From positions 1 to 28,818 of the IMG/VR virus record IMGVR_UViG_3300025066_000116: 28,818 nt of DNA. One strand, given 5' to 3'. The position numbers were made by a program, and so were the translations under genes. The DNA comes from a virus. Its lineage: Duplodnaviria > Caudoviricetes. Under the pieces are notes generated by a model. The model did no database searches. It was not told the origin of the DNA and saw nothing but the letters and a program-made list of their open reading frames with translations. Of the stretch, positions 1 through 8,790 are shown piece by piece (the first letter of the stretch is position 1; every line of letters starts with the position of its first letter).

Positions 1-255
1 TACACAAGGAGTTGAACCTGCTAATATATTACAGGTCAGTGTTATTGGGTTTCCTGTGGTCGGATTATCAAATTCACCACCTGCGGAAGCTGTAGCCCCT
101 GCTGTAGTGGTTATCATGTCGCACGTTACGTCCTCGTCTAAAGTAATGGTGTACCCGTTAGCATGAGCAGTATCCCCTGTTGTGGGCTTTACTCCTCCGT
201 TCCAATTGGCATCATCACTCCAAAGTCCGTTTGCACTTGGGTATTTCTCAGCCAT
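1..255 (-). CDS. Tail fibre/adhesin-like protein, N-terminal part (runs off the window)
   Basis: Not in the ORF track. ATG at 255 gives MAEKYPSANGLWSDDANWNGGVKPTTGDTAHANGYTITLDEDVTCD..., open to base 1. The G-x-W-S-x4-W...P..GD...TITLD pattern resembles G8-like/adhesin N-termini; lies in the tail region. Confidence 0.6.
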   Translation of the reverse strand, partial: MAEKYPSANGLWSDDANWNGGVKPTTGDTAHANGYTITLDEDVTCDMITTTAGATASAGGEFDNPTTGNPITLTCNILAGSTPCV

Positions 256-257
256 GA

Positions 258-560
258 TTAATAGTCTTTAGCGTTAGCGTAATTCTGTATCGCATACTGA
301 ATTGTTCCGAAAGCAGTAAGCGCATCCGAGTCACCATCCTTTGCTACATCTGCTAAGGAAAGTTTTGCGAAGGGCTTTTCAGAGATAAAAGTATCTCCGT
401 TCTCTACTACTGTTCCGAAGAACTTAATGTTCACGGTAGTAGGCATCGAATCAGGCATTCTCACTCTTAGAGGAGAAGTACTGAAAGCTACCGTGAAGTC
501 TGTGAAGGTCTTAAGATTACCGTTTTGGTCCTTTCCTTCATATGGGTTGTTAAGTGTCAT
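258..560 (-). CDS. Hypothetical tail-region protein (100 aa)
   Basis: ORF tightly packed and co-oriented with flanking virion genes. Confidence 0.65.
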   Translation of the reverse strand: MTLNNPYEGKDQNGNLKTFTDFTVAFSTSPLRVRMPDSMPTTVNIKFFGTVVENGDTFISEKPFAKLSLADVAKDGDSDALTAFGTIQYAIQNYANAKDY

Positions 561-564
561 TTCC

Positions 565-804
565 TTAAGTATAAGTTTCTGTTAATCTATCATCCCACGC
601 TACACTTGTAGCTGTAGTGATAGTAGTTGTACCGTCTGCGAATACTTCTATTCGACTGATATCCCAAGCAGCAAGTGATGTAGCTGTTCCTGAAGGAGCC
701 GTCCCCATATAAGAATAAGGATCTACGAAATCATGTTCGCACTCTCCAAGGCCACCTCCACCTCCACCTCCGCTTCTGACTGTTTGAATAGTTATTCCTG
801 GCAT
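565..804 (-). CDS. Small putative structural protein with poly-Gly linker
   Basis: G7 linker followed by Y-x-G-x-A...W-x-I-x-RI...WDDR...Y, a pattern recalled from small phage tail-associated proteins; start overlaps the upstream stop. Confidence 0.6.
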   Translation of the reverse strand: MPGITIQTVRSGGGGGGGLGECEHDFVDPYSYMGTAPSGTATSLAAWDISRIEVFADGTTTITTATSVAWDDRLTETYT

Positions 805-1049
805 TATTTCTCTTTTAAATGTTTTTCAATATCATCAAGTCTCCCCATGATCTTCTCCTCAGACTTCTTTACCAGTCTACTGGCTCGATCATCTACGTAC
901 TCGATCTTCATGGTCTGGTTTCTATCAACCAGTTCATTCATTGCAAATGCATGTCTCGCCTCCTCCACACTGACAGTCGCTGTCACCAGGAATCCGCATA
1001 GGAGGATCACCTCCCCATTTGTCAAGCTCTTCAGTTCCCGAAACGCCAT
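804..1049 (-). CDS. Membrane-anchored coiled-coil protein, possible lysis accessory (start uncertain)
   Basis: Hydrophobic stretch VILLCGFLVTATVSV then a charged helical C-terminus; adjacent to and overlapping the holin-like gene. Confidence 0.5.
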   Translation of the reverse strand: MAFRELKSLTNGEVILLCGFLVTATVSVEEARHAFAMNELVDRNQTMKIEYVDDRASRLVKKSEEKIMGRLDDIEKHLKEK

Positions 1050-1254
1050 ATCTAACTTCCATTATTTTGTGAAGGTACTTAGGTGCAAAGATAGATATTA
1101 AGATCACAAAATCCAAAGCCACGAAGGGCATGGTTATCTCATTATCTTCTTTCACATAGAAGAAATTAAAAATAAGAAAGAAGCATAACATCATAAAACT
1201 ATATAATCTTGTGCTACTCTTTTGTCCGTTATTTTCTTCGAAAAATTCTGTCAT
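934..1254 (-). CDS. Putative holin (2 TM)
   Basis: N-terminal G-x-K-S-S-x-R-L followed by two hydrophobic helices, typical of small phage holin-like proteins. Confidence 0.55.
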   Translation of the reverse strand: MTEFFEENNGQKSSTRLYSFMMLCFFLIFNFFYVKEDNEITMPFVALDFVILISIFAPKYLHKIMEVRYGVSGTEELDKWGGDPPMRIPGDSDCQCGGGETCICNE

Positions 1255-1270
1255 ATAAAGTTAGCCCTTA

Positions 1271-2299
1271 TTATGCTCTAGTAATATGTAGTGATACTAA
1301 TGCTTTTCCTCCAGCAGTGACTTTAGATGTTGTTAGATATATAACCTCATCAGCAATAAATGTATTATTCGCTGAAGGATCATCCGTATAAGCTGTGTTC
1401 ACAGTATCTGATGCTCCAAAAGTAATAGTACCATCTGTCATAGTAGTACCAGCATCATTCTTTAAAACTATAGTACCATCATCTGTAGCTGCTATGGCTT
1501 TTGTACTGATCGCATAGATGTGGTTTACAGTGCCTGGATAAGGCATCTTGATCTTGTTATCACATTGCTCTCCTGTTTCAAATGAAACTGGCACTGTGAT
1601 GATCTCTTCTTTCAATGCTGCATCCAGCTTCACTGTATCGATCGCAGAGTTAGCAATGGACACTGCACCTGACTTTGACATAGTGGCGTCACCAGACATG
1701 ATGTAAGGAGCTAATGCTCCAGTAGCTTCTCCTACAAGTAGAGCTCCATCTGTTGATAGATCTGCTTCTTGAGGATCTCCTGCAGCATCAAAGTATATTA
1801 CATTCCCTGCAGTACCTGAATTAAGTTTTGCCAGAGTAACTGAATCATCAGCTAGTTTAGCTGTAGTTACATTAGCATCTAGTATCTTAGCTGTAGTAAC
1901 AGCATCTGCTTCTATACGATCAGCATTGACAATTGAGGAAGTAACCCAGTCAGTAGAGACCATAACTACCCAGGCAGAGCCATTGTAGATACACTCTGCT
2001 TTCCAGTTAGCTCCACTTGTTAATAGTTCGTCTGGTATGGTCTCTCCGAATACAGTCACCGCATGTGAGCCTCCTGTAGTAATAGTAGCCTCATTCCAGA
2101 TAACAACTCGTATATTGTCTGATGCAGTTCCAGTAGGATTAATATCCAATTGAGCAGCAAGAACAACAGAGCCTGTAAGTCTGTAAAATTTGTAGTAATC
2201 TGTAGGAGCATTGGGAACAGTAAATGCCCCAGTGTCAATGGTCAAAGGACCTGCACCTACAGCTACATCTAAAATTGGAATTTCTTTAACTGAAGACAT
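1271..2299 (-). CDS. Tail fibre-like protein
   Basis: 10-residue repeats (VTTAKILDAN VTTAKLADDS VTLAKL) common in phage fibres; T/A/G-rich composition. Confidence 0.7.
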   Translation of the reverse strand: MSSVKEIPILDVAVGAGPLTIDTGAFTVPNAPTDYYKFYRLTGSVVLAAQLDINPTGTASDNIRVVIWNEATITTGGSHAVTVFGETIPDELLTSGANWKAECIYNGSAWVVMVSTDWVTSSIVNADRIEADAVTTAKILDANVTTAKLADDSVTLAKLNSGTAGNVIYFDAAGDPQEADLSTDGALLVGEATGALAPYIMSGDATMSKSGAVSIANSAIDTVKLDAALKEEIITVPVSFETGEQCDNKIKMPYPGTVNHIYAISTKAIAATDDGTIVLKNDAGTTMTDGTITFGASDTVNTAYTDDPSANNTFIADEVIYLTTSKVTAGGKALVSLHITRA

Positions 2300-2302
2300 T
2301 TG

Positions 2303-2974
2303 TTAAACTTTTAAGTATTTAGTAAGTTTGTACGATAGGATAGATATCTGATCTGCAGCTACTCCAGTATCATTCTTGATCTGGATCTTAAAATCATGTG
2401 CACCTGAAAGAGCACTTGATATAGCTACTGCTGGTGCAACATATGCTGCAGTAATAGTAGATCCTGCCCAAAGCATATTACCAGTGAAGTCACCGTTACC
2501 TGCTTCTAGTTTTATAATAGGGACTATAGTATCCGTAGCTGAAACCACCATATCAATAGTGATCCTTCCAGCATTTCTGAACGTAGTACCTGATCCAGAT
2601 AAATTAAATCCTGTTGCTGCAGATGAATCAAATATAGTATCTGCACCATATAGGACCTTAAAATCATATGCTGGTGCTGTAGCAACCTTAGCTCCCACAA
2701 GTATCATCTCCAACGTCATAACGTCTTCTACTGTACCGAAGTCCAATGTAGTACCGTTCAATGACTCATTCATAACCTCACCAGTGGCGTATGAATTAGT
2801 AGCTTTTATTTGTTTAGTTACGCTTGAGTGAACTATAGCGACTCCGTCTGTTCCATCACTACCATCTCCACCAGCTGGTCCCGTTGAACCTGTTCCACCA
2901 GCCGCTCCGTCAGCACCTGCTGGTCCTCGTCTAAGAGTAACTGATCCTAAGCAATCACCATTGCAACAACCCAT
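2303..2974 (-). CDS. Collagen-like repeat fibre protein
   Basis: G-X-Y run GPAGADGAAGGTGSTGPAGGDGSDGTDG after a Cys-rich N-terminus (MGCCNGDC). Confidence 0.75.
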   Translation of the reverse strand: MGCCNGDCLGSVTLRRGPAGADGAAGGTGSTGPAGGDGSDGTDGVAIVHSSVTKQIKATNSYATGEVMNESLNGTTLDFGTVEDVMTLEMILVGAKVATAPAYDFKVLYGADTIFDSSAATGFNLSGSGTTFRNAGRITIDMVVSATDTIVPIIKLEAGNGDFTGNMLWAGSTITAAYVAPAVAISSALSGAHDFKIQIKNDTGVAADQISILSYKLTKYLKV

Positions 2975-2982
2975 GTTTTCTT

Positions 2983-3552
2983 TTATTTACATCCACAACC
3001 TGTAGAAGAAGAATCACATAGACTCTGTAGCTTCGTAAAGATTGAAGTGGCTTCATCATAATTACACCCATTAGCGGCATATTTAAAGTCCGTAAGTAGA
3101 CTCCATAAATAATTAGCATAGGCAAGCTTGTCAGCATATTTGCATGGATCATTTCCATAAGCAACAGCAGCTGCATGTAGCTTTTCGTGTAAGCAACATT
3201 CTAGGTCGCAATACACATAAAATGTTAAGGTATCTGTGAACGTACCATTAGTATTGGTAATACTGTATACGGCAGTTGCTATACCATCTGCGAGATCTGC
3301 TTCGATCTCTTGGTATTGAAAATCTTGGAACCAATCAGTAAGAGCAGCTTGAGCAGTCACATTAGCGACTGTCACCTCTCCTTCAGAATCAGTTATAGTT
3401 ATAGAGGCAGCAGTTATATCGGTTCTATCGTCATTGGGTGTCCCATAACCTCCAAGATTTGTTGTGGCATCGTATTCTCCAGTAACATCGGTCACTAGAA
3501 CTTTACCACAGTTATTTATAGTACATAATTCAAATTCGGGGATAAGTGCCAT
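2983..3552 (-). CDS. Conserved crAss-like structural protein (tail hub-like)
   Basis: D-x-TG-x-Y...GGYG-x-PN motif and Cys-rich C-terminus ending GCGCK; position after the capsid module. Confidence 0.6.
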   Translation of the reverse strand: MALIPEFELCTINNCGKVLVTDVTGEYDATTNLGGYGTPNDDRTDITAASITITDSEGEVTVANVTAQAALTDWFQDFQYQEIEADLADGIATAVYSITNTNGTFTDTLTFYVYCDLECCLHEKLHAAAVAYGNDPCKYADKLAYANYLWSLLTDFKYAANGCNYDEATSIFTKLQSLCDSSSTGCGCK

Positions 3553-3560
3553 CTAAATAA

Positions 3561-3605
3561 GATTTAAGAAAGAAAAAGGAACTTAATCCTTTTTCTCTCT
3601 AAATC
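3561..3605 (-). terminator. Intrinsic terminator-like hairpin after 3613-4926
   Basis: Minus strand reads GATTTA-GAGAGAAAAAGGA-ttaagt-TCCTTTTTCTTTC-TTAAATC. Confidence 0.65.
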
Positions 3606-3612
3606 AATAATA

Positions 3613-4926
3613 TTACCCTATACTAAAGTCTGTAGAAACAGCTCCTTGAAGGAGTACTTCTAAAACATCAGTAAGGTCATCAGTAGTAGCATCCAGGCCG
3701 TACCAAGCATTTGTGCTTGTAGCAGGTAGACAGATGTCTATTTGCTTAGGCGAGATCTCTGCACTGAATGGATTAACTATACTGTTGTTGAACCTAATAG
3801 AAAGTACATCGTACCCTCCACCAGTTACATCAACATTAGCAACCAAATTAAGTGGGTGAATTACTGGTACACCAATTCGATAGATTTCTCCATGGAATCC
3901 TTGTGCCATAGCTTCAAGAGCAGCAACAGCTTCTCCCTCACCTTCACCAGAATCAGCTCCTGTGGTAGCCAAAGTTGAAGCACCGAAGTCCTCCAATTGA
4001 GTGTTCCAAGAAACTTGTTTGTACTTGTAATCAGGTGCACCAAAGCTTAGATCAGCTCCAGCCATAACTACTCCAAAGTTTGCAGCAGCAGCCGCAGCTA
4101 CATCAATAACCTCAGCATCTGAAGTTGCAGCAGCGAGTACTTGACTAGCTATCTGAATAGGTCGATCTACAGTAAATGTCAATGCAGTAGTGTCAACAGA
4201 CTCTACCTTATAAACATCATCTGCAAGTGCAGTACCAGCTCCATTAGAGCCCATACGTACATAGTCACCAGCTACCAAAGTAGTGGCAGATCCACCCCAA
4301 GTTACTGCAGTAGCAACACCTACAACCTTTGATCCCAAAGCGATAGTTATATCGTTAACGAAATCATTAGCAGCAGTTACAGCAGAATCAGAACGTACAG
4401 AGAATGCACACCATGCTTCAGCCTCTCGTAGGAAGTTATTGATCAAAGATCCCGCAAGACCTACAGCAATATCTCCTTGAGTAGAAGTAGAACTAGATTG
4501 GAATACACCATGCTTGATCTTCTGTCCATCTGACTCAGCAGACAAAAGCTCTTGCACATACATTCGAATGTAGTATAAGTTATTAGCAATTACCTCAATA
4601 GAACCAGTAGTTCCATTCGACCCGATGATGGTCGATTGATTCACGCGTGCAGAGAAAGCAGCAAAGTCGAAAGAATCGACATTAGCAACCTCTATGATAT
4701 CTGACATAAGAATAGGAAGACTTGAGCCGCGACTCAAACCAATTCTAAACGCAGTTGCTGAAGCAGCAGCAGCCTGTGTCATTGCAGCACCCGCAAGATC
4801 GTATACGCCCATAACACCTGCAGCAGCCGCACCTAGTGCAGTTAATGTTGCTGGCATTGTACCTGATGAACCTGGCTCTCCGCCAATGAAAATCTGGTAT
4901 GCGTTTCTTACTTGAAAATTAGCCAT
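3613..4926 (-). CDS. Abundant virion protein, likely auxiliary capsid protein
   Basis: 437 aa, A/G/T-rich. Position downstream of MCP and the ring-like gene matches crAss-like gene order; flanked by a structured leader and a terminator. Confidence 0.6.
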   Translation of the reverse strand: MANFQVRNAYQIFIGGEPGSSGTMPATLTALGAAAAGVMGVYDLAGAAMTQAAAASATAFRIGLSRGSSLPILMSDIIEVANVDSFDFAAFSARVNQSTIIGSNGTTGSIEVIANNLYYIRMYVQELLSAESDGQKIKHGVFQSSSTSTQGDIAVGLAGSLINNFLREAEAWCAFSVRSDSAVTAANDFVNDITIALGSKVVGVATAVTWGGSATTLVAGDYVRMGSNGAGTALADDVYKVESVDTTALTFTVDRPIQIASQVLAAATSDAEVIDVAAAAAANFGVVMAGADLSFGAPDYKYKQVSWNTQLEDFGASTLATTGADSGEGEGEAVAALEAMAQGFHGEIYRIGVPVIHPLNLVANVDVTGGGYDVLSIRFNNSIVNPFSAEISPKQIDICLPATSTNAWYGLDATTDDLTDVLEVLLQGAVSTDFSIG

Positions 4927-4953
4927 TTTAATGGTTTTAGAATTAAACGTAGT

Positions 4954-5047
4954 CTAATGAGAACCTCTGTTCTCTATTAGTAACCTGTTCACACAAGTTA
5001 TTTTTTAATCTGCCGACTCCAGCAGCCTTCCCTCTTAAAGCGGGGAA
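4954..5047 (-). promoter_or_regulatory. Four tandem hairpins in the leader of the 437-aa gene
   Basis: Minus strand: TTCCC/GGGAA, CTGCTG-gagt-CGGCAG, TAACTTGT-gtga-ACAGGTTA, CTAAT(A)GAGAAC-agag-GTTCTCATTAG. Confidence 0.55.
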
Positions 5048-5058
5048 TTACTTATTTC

Positions 5059-5643
5059 TTACAGACCTGTAGTAATTACTCGGTAAGTTACCTTAGCTCT
5101 GATTACTCCTGCTGCAGTTCCAGGTTGTGTAACTGCTGTTGAAGCAAGATTGATATTAGAATTAACTCCTAACACATGGTCAGTTGTCAATGCGCTCAAA
5201 TTGATCACTGTATCTCCTGCCTTAGTAATAAGGTCAGCAGTTGCGATCGCACCTGATACTGCTACAGAGTTGATATAGACCGTAAGGTCATCTCCTGCTC
5301 CACCAGTATAGGCTGCTGTGTCATAATCATAGATCAGTACCGCGTTCACAAACTGTAGAGCAGTTCCTGCTCCTCCTGCTGCTACCAGTTCTGCTCCACT
5401 TGCGTGTCCCAGATCACCTGCTGCCGTACCTACTATTACATCTGCACCCAATGTTACATCTACTGTATACTGAGTGACCGTGTCTGATATCTTAATACTA
5501 CTAGCTACAAGATTCCCGTCAGACGGTTCTAATTCCAATACCGCATCTACAAGAGCATTGAACTGCTTAGAGTAGACTCGGAAACGATCGTTCCCTTTTC
5601 CTGGCTTGAAATTCTTACTTGTTATTTTTTCTGCTAATGCCAT
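5059..5643 (-). CDS. Putative head decoration/head-fibre protein
   Basis: Beta-rich A/G/T/V composition; short N-terminal helix (SKQFNALVDAV); lies inside the capsid module. Confidence 0.5.
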   Translation of the reverse strand: MALAEKITSKNFKPGKGNDRFRVYSKQFNALVDAVLELEPSDGNLVASSIKISDTVTQYTVDVTLGADVIVGTAAGDLGHASGAELVAAGGAGTALQFVNAVLIYDYDTAAYTGGAGDDLTVYINSVAVSGAIATADLITKAGDTVINLSALTTDHVLGVNSNINLASTAVTQPGTAAGVIRAKVTYRVITTGL

Positions 5644-5659
5644 TAGTTAAATTTTTAGA

Positions 5660-6388
5660 TTATTCAATAATTTTTTGATCTAAAGAGAGATTGGTCTTCA
5701 GTCTCTCCTGTCTTGCGGCTTCCAACATCAATTGGACAGCCATATCCGCTATTGCTCTATGTGTTCCTGGATCAAGTTCACAATGACCATCTGTAGGATC
5801 AGACACATCAATAGCTTTTGGATATTTTACATAAGTGAGATAGTAATCACTGAGAGTGAGAGTATCTCCTAGTACCAGCTCATGTTGTTTTAAGTTGGTA
5901 GCAGACAGAGCATCGTCAGGATCTACCTTACTGAAGTCCATTCTCCAGACCAGGGTCTTGTCAGGCTTCTTGTAAGGGTTCTTTATATTGGCATTATAGA
6001 AATCCATTCTTACTGGCTTGACAGGGATCCTGTCAGTGGTCTCTATTTCTGTACAAGGATCTGTATAGGTGATATTGGCCTCTTCCTTTACTACCCACCA
6101 CAATCCTTCTGGAAGTGGTACAAGTCTGGAATCAGGATGGTTTCCAGCTGTTGAGGTTGATATGGTATTGAATCTCAATAGCTCAGATATGTCCTTAGAT
6201 CGTTTCTCAGATTCTTCAAAACCCACTCTCGGTGGGTTAGAATCAGCATTATATAACGACTTGCAGAAGCGCTCCTGGGCACGATTCAGAAAGAGATTTA
6301 TCTCATCATCCTCGTAGCCAGGGGCTGCAGAGTTCGCAATAGAATCATATGTAATTTCTACGTACTCTTTAAATTCTGCTGGTGTCAT
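5660..6388 (-). CDS. Ring/neck (head-tail connector-like) protein
   Basis: EINLFLNRAQ, Y..YVKYP and CEL...H..I.D.AV motifs recalled from crAss-like ring proteins. Confidence 0.65.
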   Translation of the reverse strand: MTPAEFKEYVEITYDSIANSAAPGYEDDEINLFLNRAQERFCKSLYNADSNPPRVGFEESEKRSKDISELLRFNTISTSTAGNHPDSRLVPLPEGLWWVVKEEANITYTDPCTEIETTDRIPVKPVRMDFYNANIKNPYKKPDKTLVWRMDFSKVDPDDALSATNLKQHELVLGDTLTLSDYYLTYVKYPKAIDVSDPTDGHCELDPGTHRAIADMAVQLMLEAARQERLKTNLSLDQKIIE

Positions 6389-7260
6389 TAGTCACTCATA
6401 TATTCGTCAACGCGGTTCTCGATCACTATTCTTATATCCTGATTCTTAGGATTGTTAAGAAACTCGATAGCCTCAGTTACATTTCTTCCTATGTCATCTC
6501 CGCCTGGAGTAGCATAGGCAATTCCATCTTTCTTAAGAGCTTTAGCTTGAATAGCCTCTTCGATCAGAATCTTGGTTTCAAGGTTCTTATCATTGATAGT
6601 ATTCAAAAAGGTCTCAGGTTCAGAATTAAGGATCTTATTCATCTCAGCTTGCAAGAATCCTAGTTTGGATGTACGTGCCACCCGAATTCCTTTTGCAACC
6701 ATAAGAATATGTCTAAGTTTCTTAGAATCATTCTGAACAGCACCATACGCTGTATATGCTCGTAACTTGATGTCTAACTCATTAACTTGCTGACGTGTCT
6801 CGTGATCAACATCAACAATAGCAAACTTATAAGTAAGCTTATGTGTCATAACATCTGCTGAAGGTGCAACTCTATCTGGGTTTGCCAGTAGAATCTTATA
6901 CTTCATAAAATCATCAGCTCGGCTAAGATCGAGATACAAGATCTCATTCTTCAATTTAACCTTACCTGCTTTCGTTAACCAGTAACTATTCTTCTTAGTA
7001 GCTAATAGTTCGCCTGGATAAAAATCCAAACCTGAGGCGGGACTTTCTAGGAAAGCCCGCTCTTCAGGTGATAATGGATCTTTTAAGCGTCCGTACTGAT
7101 CTTGCGGGACGCAAACTTCGAAATATGATTCTTTAAATAGGAAGCTCGCCTCATGTTCTGGCGGAACCAGTCCTTTTCTCCTCTTGATCGGGACAACCTT
7201 CACCTTCCTATTAGGAAGAGTAAATGTAGCCGTCTCTGTTTTTCCATCCGTTTTGCTCAT
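6388..7260 (-). CDS. Conserved crAss-like protein immediately downstream of MCP
   Basis: 290 aa; LDLS...D..KY..LLA and C-terminal EAIEFLNNPKNQ; occupies the conserved post-MCP position. Confidence 0.7.
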   Translation of the reverse strand: MSKTDGKTETATFTLPNRKVKVVPIKRRKGLVPPEHEASFLFKESYFEVCVPQDQYGRLKDPLSPEERAFLESPASGLDFYPGELLATKKNSYWLTKAGKVKLKNEILYLDLSRADDFMKYKILLANPDRVAPSADVMTHKLTYKFAIVDVDHETRQQVNELDIKLRAYTAYGAVQNDSKKLRHILMVAKGIRVARTSKLGFLQAEMNKILNSEPETFLNTINDKNLETKILIEEAIQAKALKKDGIAYATPGGDDIGRNVTEAIEFLNNPKNQDIRIVIENRVDEYMSD

Positions 7261-7279
7261 TCTATTTAAATTAAATCAA

Positions 7280-8773
7280 TTATGCTAAAATACTTGGAAT
7301 CAATGATGCAGTCCTTGAAGGATCATAAACTGCAACTCCACATACTGTAGCCCTGTGTACTTGATAACCATCAGTAGGCATAGCCATTAGGTTCTGACTT
7401 CTCTCACCAGAAGATGAGAATGGATTACGAAGACCAGGAATATATCCCATAATGTCCTCAGATCCACTTACGTAGAACTTCTGAATGTTAGGCTCACCAT
7501 TAGTTGTACCGATATCCATGATATCGTAACGGTAAGACTCTGCTACACCACCATCTGGGTGGTACAACTTGTTACGCTCACGATCGTCATACATAGAATC
7601 AACCATCAAAGTAACTTTGACATTGTTAGGTCCTCTGTACTCTACGAACTGTCCTCCGTATCCTAAACCTAGATCAGCAATGCTGTTAGAGGCTCTGAAC
7701 ATACGATCTTCGTTTCGTAGTGGTGTAAACAATTGTGATTGATCTTCAAGTGCTTTGTGGAACTGAATAGCTCCTCGCTCACCTGTACGAAGTACGAAGT
7801 GACGATCATCAGTAGGTAACTTACCTTCTGAAAGGTCAACAAGGACCTCTGTCAGGTAATCAATGTTGAACGTGCTGTAGAAAGACGTATTAGACGCTTC
7901 CATCTGCTCCCTGATACCAGCACCCTGCTTAAGGATGTGTCCAGAGTTTCCAACATTAAAGTACTCACCGTTCGCAGACTTGTTTGATCGGGCATAATAC
8001 ATAAGCTTATTCTTCTCCTGACGGAACTGCCAGTCGAAAACGTAGTCCTCATGTTGTGTCCAAGTGGTATGAGTAACCAATTCTCCGTCCTCACCACGAG
8101 ATTGCCACTTAGTCGCAAATGGTCGATTCAGCATATTACCAGCGGTAGTATGTTGCATACGGATCATTGAGAAAGCGTTTCTCATTGTGAATGGACTTTC
8201 GAAGTTGATTCCACCACCTTTCTTGGAAAGGGTAGGTTCAACAAGTGACCACTCACGGCTCCATCTTTTGCCAGGGGCAAGTTCCTCTACAGGAACAAAA
8301 GCGGTAAGGTCACCAGAGACCAATTCTACAGTATATCTCCAGTTAAGTCCATCAGGGACTGGGTCGGATACAATTCTAAGTTGATATACTTCATTTTTCT
8401 CACCAACAATGGTGTGAACATCTGTGAACCATTGTTCAGCGAAGATCATATCAAAGCGAGCCAAAGCAAGACCAGGCTGGTCTCCTGCCGCAACAGGTGT
8501 ACCAGCAGTGATTTCTGCTTGAATCAATTTAACATTTTTCTTCCCAGAACCAATAAGTTCCCAGGTAAAATCATCATCAGTTTCCATTACTTTGTAAGGA
8601 ATCTGTGACAAATAACTATCGAGGTCCATACCAAAGTTTGAGGTATAGATCCTTCGCATCAGATTAGAAGCTTTTTGAGGGGCGGCTTGATAAATTGCCC
8701 CCAAATGGTTTGTGGTCGTGAGACCAGCCCAATGTTGAGCCTCCGTCATCTGAAATGGGGAAAGTTGTGGCAT
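7280..8773 (-). CDS. Major capsid protein (crAss-like)
   Basis: 497 aa; WAGLTTTNHLG, GAGIREQ, LRTGERGAIQF, HPDGGVAESYRYDI match my recollection of crAss-family MCPs; follows terL-portal-scaffold. Confidence 0.9.
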   Translation of the reverse strand: MPQLSPFQMTEAQHWAGLTTTNHLGAIYQAAPQKASNLMRRIYTSNFGMDLDSYLSQIPYKVMETDDDFTWELIGSGKKNVKLIQAEITAGTPVAAGDQPGLALARFDMIFAEQWFTDVHTIVGEKNEVYQLRIVSDPVPDGLNWRYTVELVSGDLTAFVPVEELAPGKRWSREWSLVEPTLSKKGGGINFESPFTMRNAFSMIRMQHTTAGNMLNRPFATKWQSRGEDGELVTHTTWTQHEDYVFDWQFRQEKNKLMYYARSNKSANGEYFNVGNSGHILKQGAGIREQMEASNTSFYSTFNIDYLTEVLVDLSEGKLPTDDRHFVLRTGERGAIQFHKALEDQSQLFTPLRNEDRMFRASNSIADLGLGYGGQFVEYRGPNNVKVTLMVDSMYDDRERNKLYHPDGGVAESYRYDIMDIGTTNGEPNIQKFYVSGSEDIMGYIPGLRNPFSSSGERSQNLMAMPTDGYQVHRATVCGVAVYDPSRTASLIPSILA

Positions 8774-8790
8774 CTTTTAAATGGGTTTAG

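Noticed and set aside
750-772. CCA/CCT triplet repeat
   Set aside because: Simply encodes the poly-Gly linker of 565-804.
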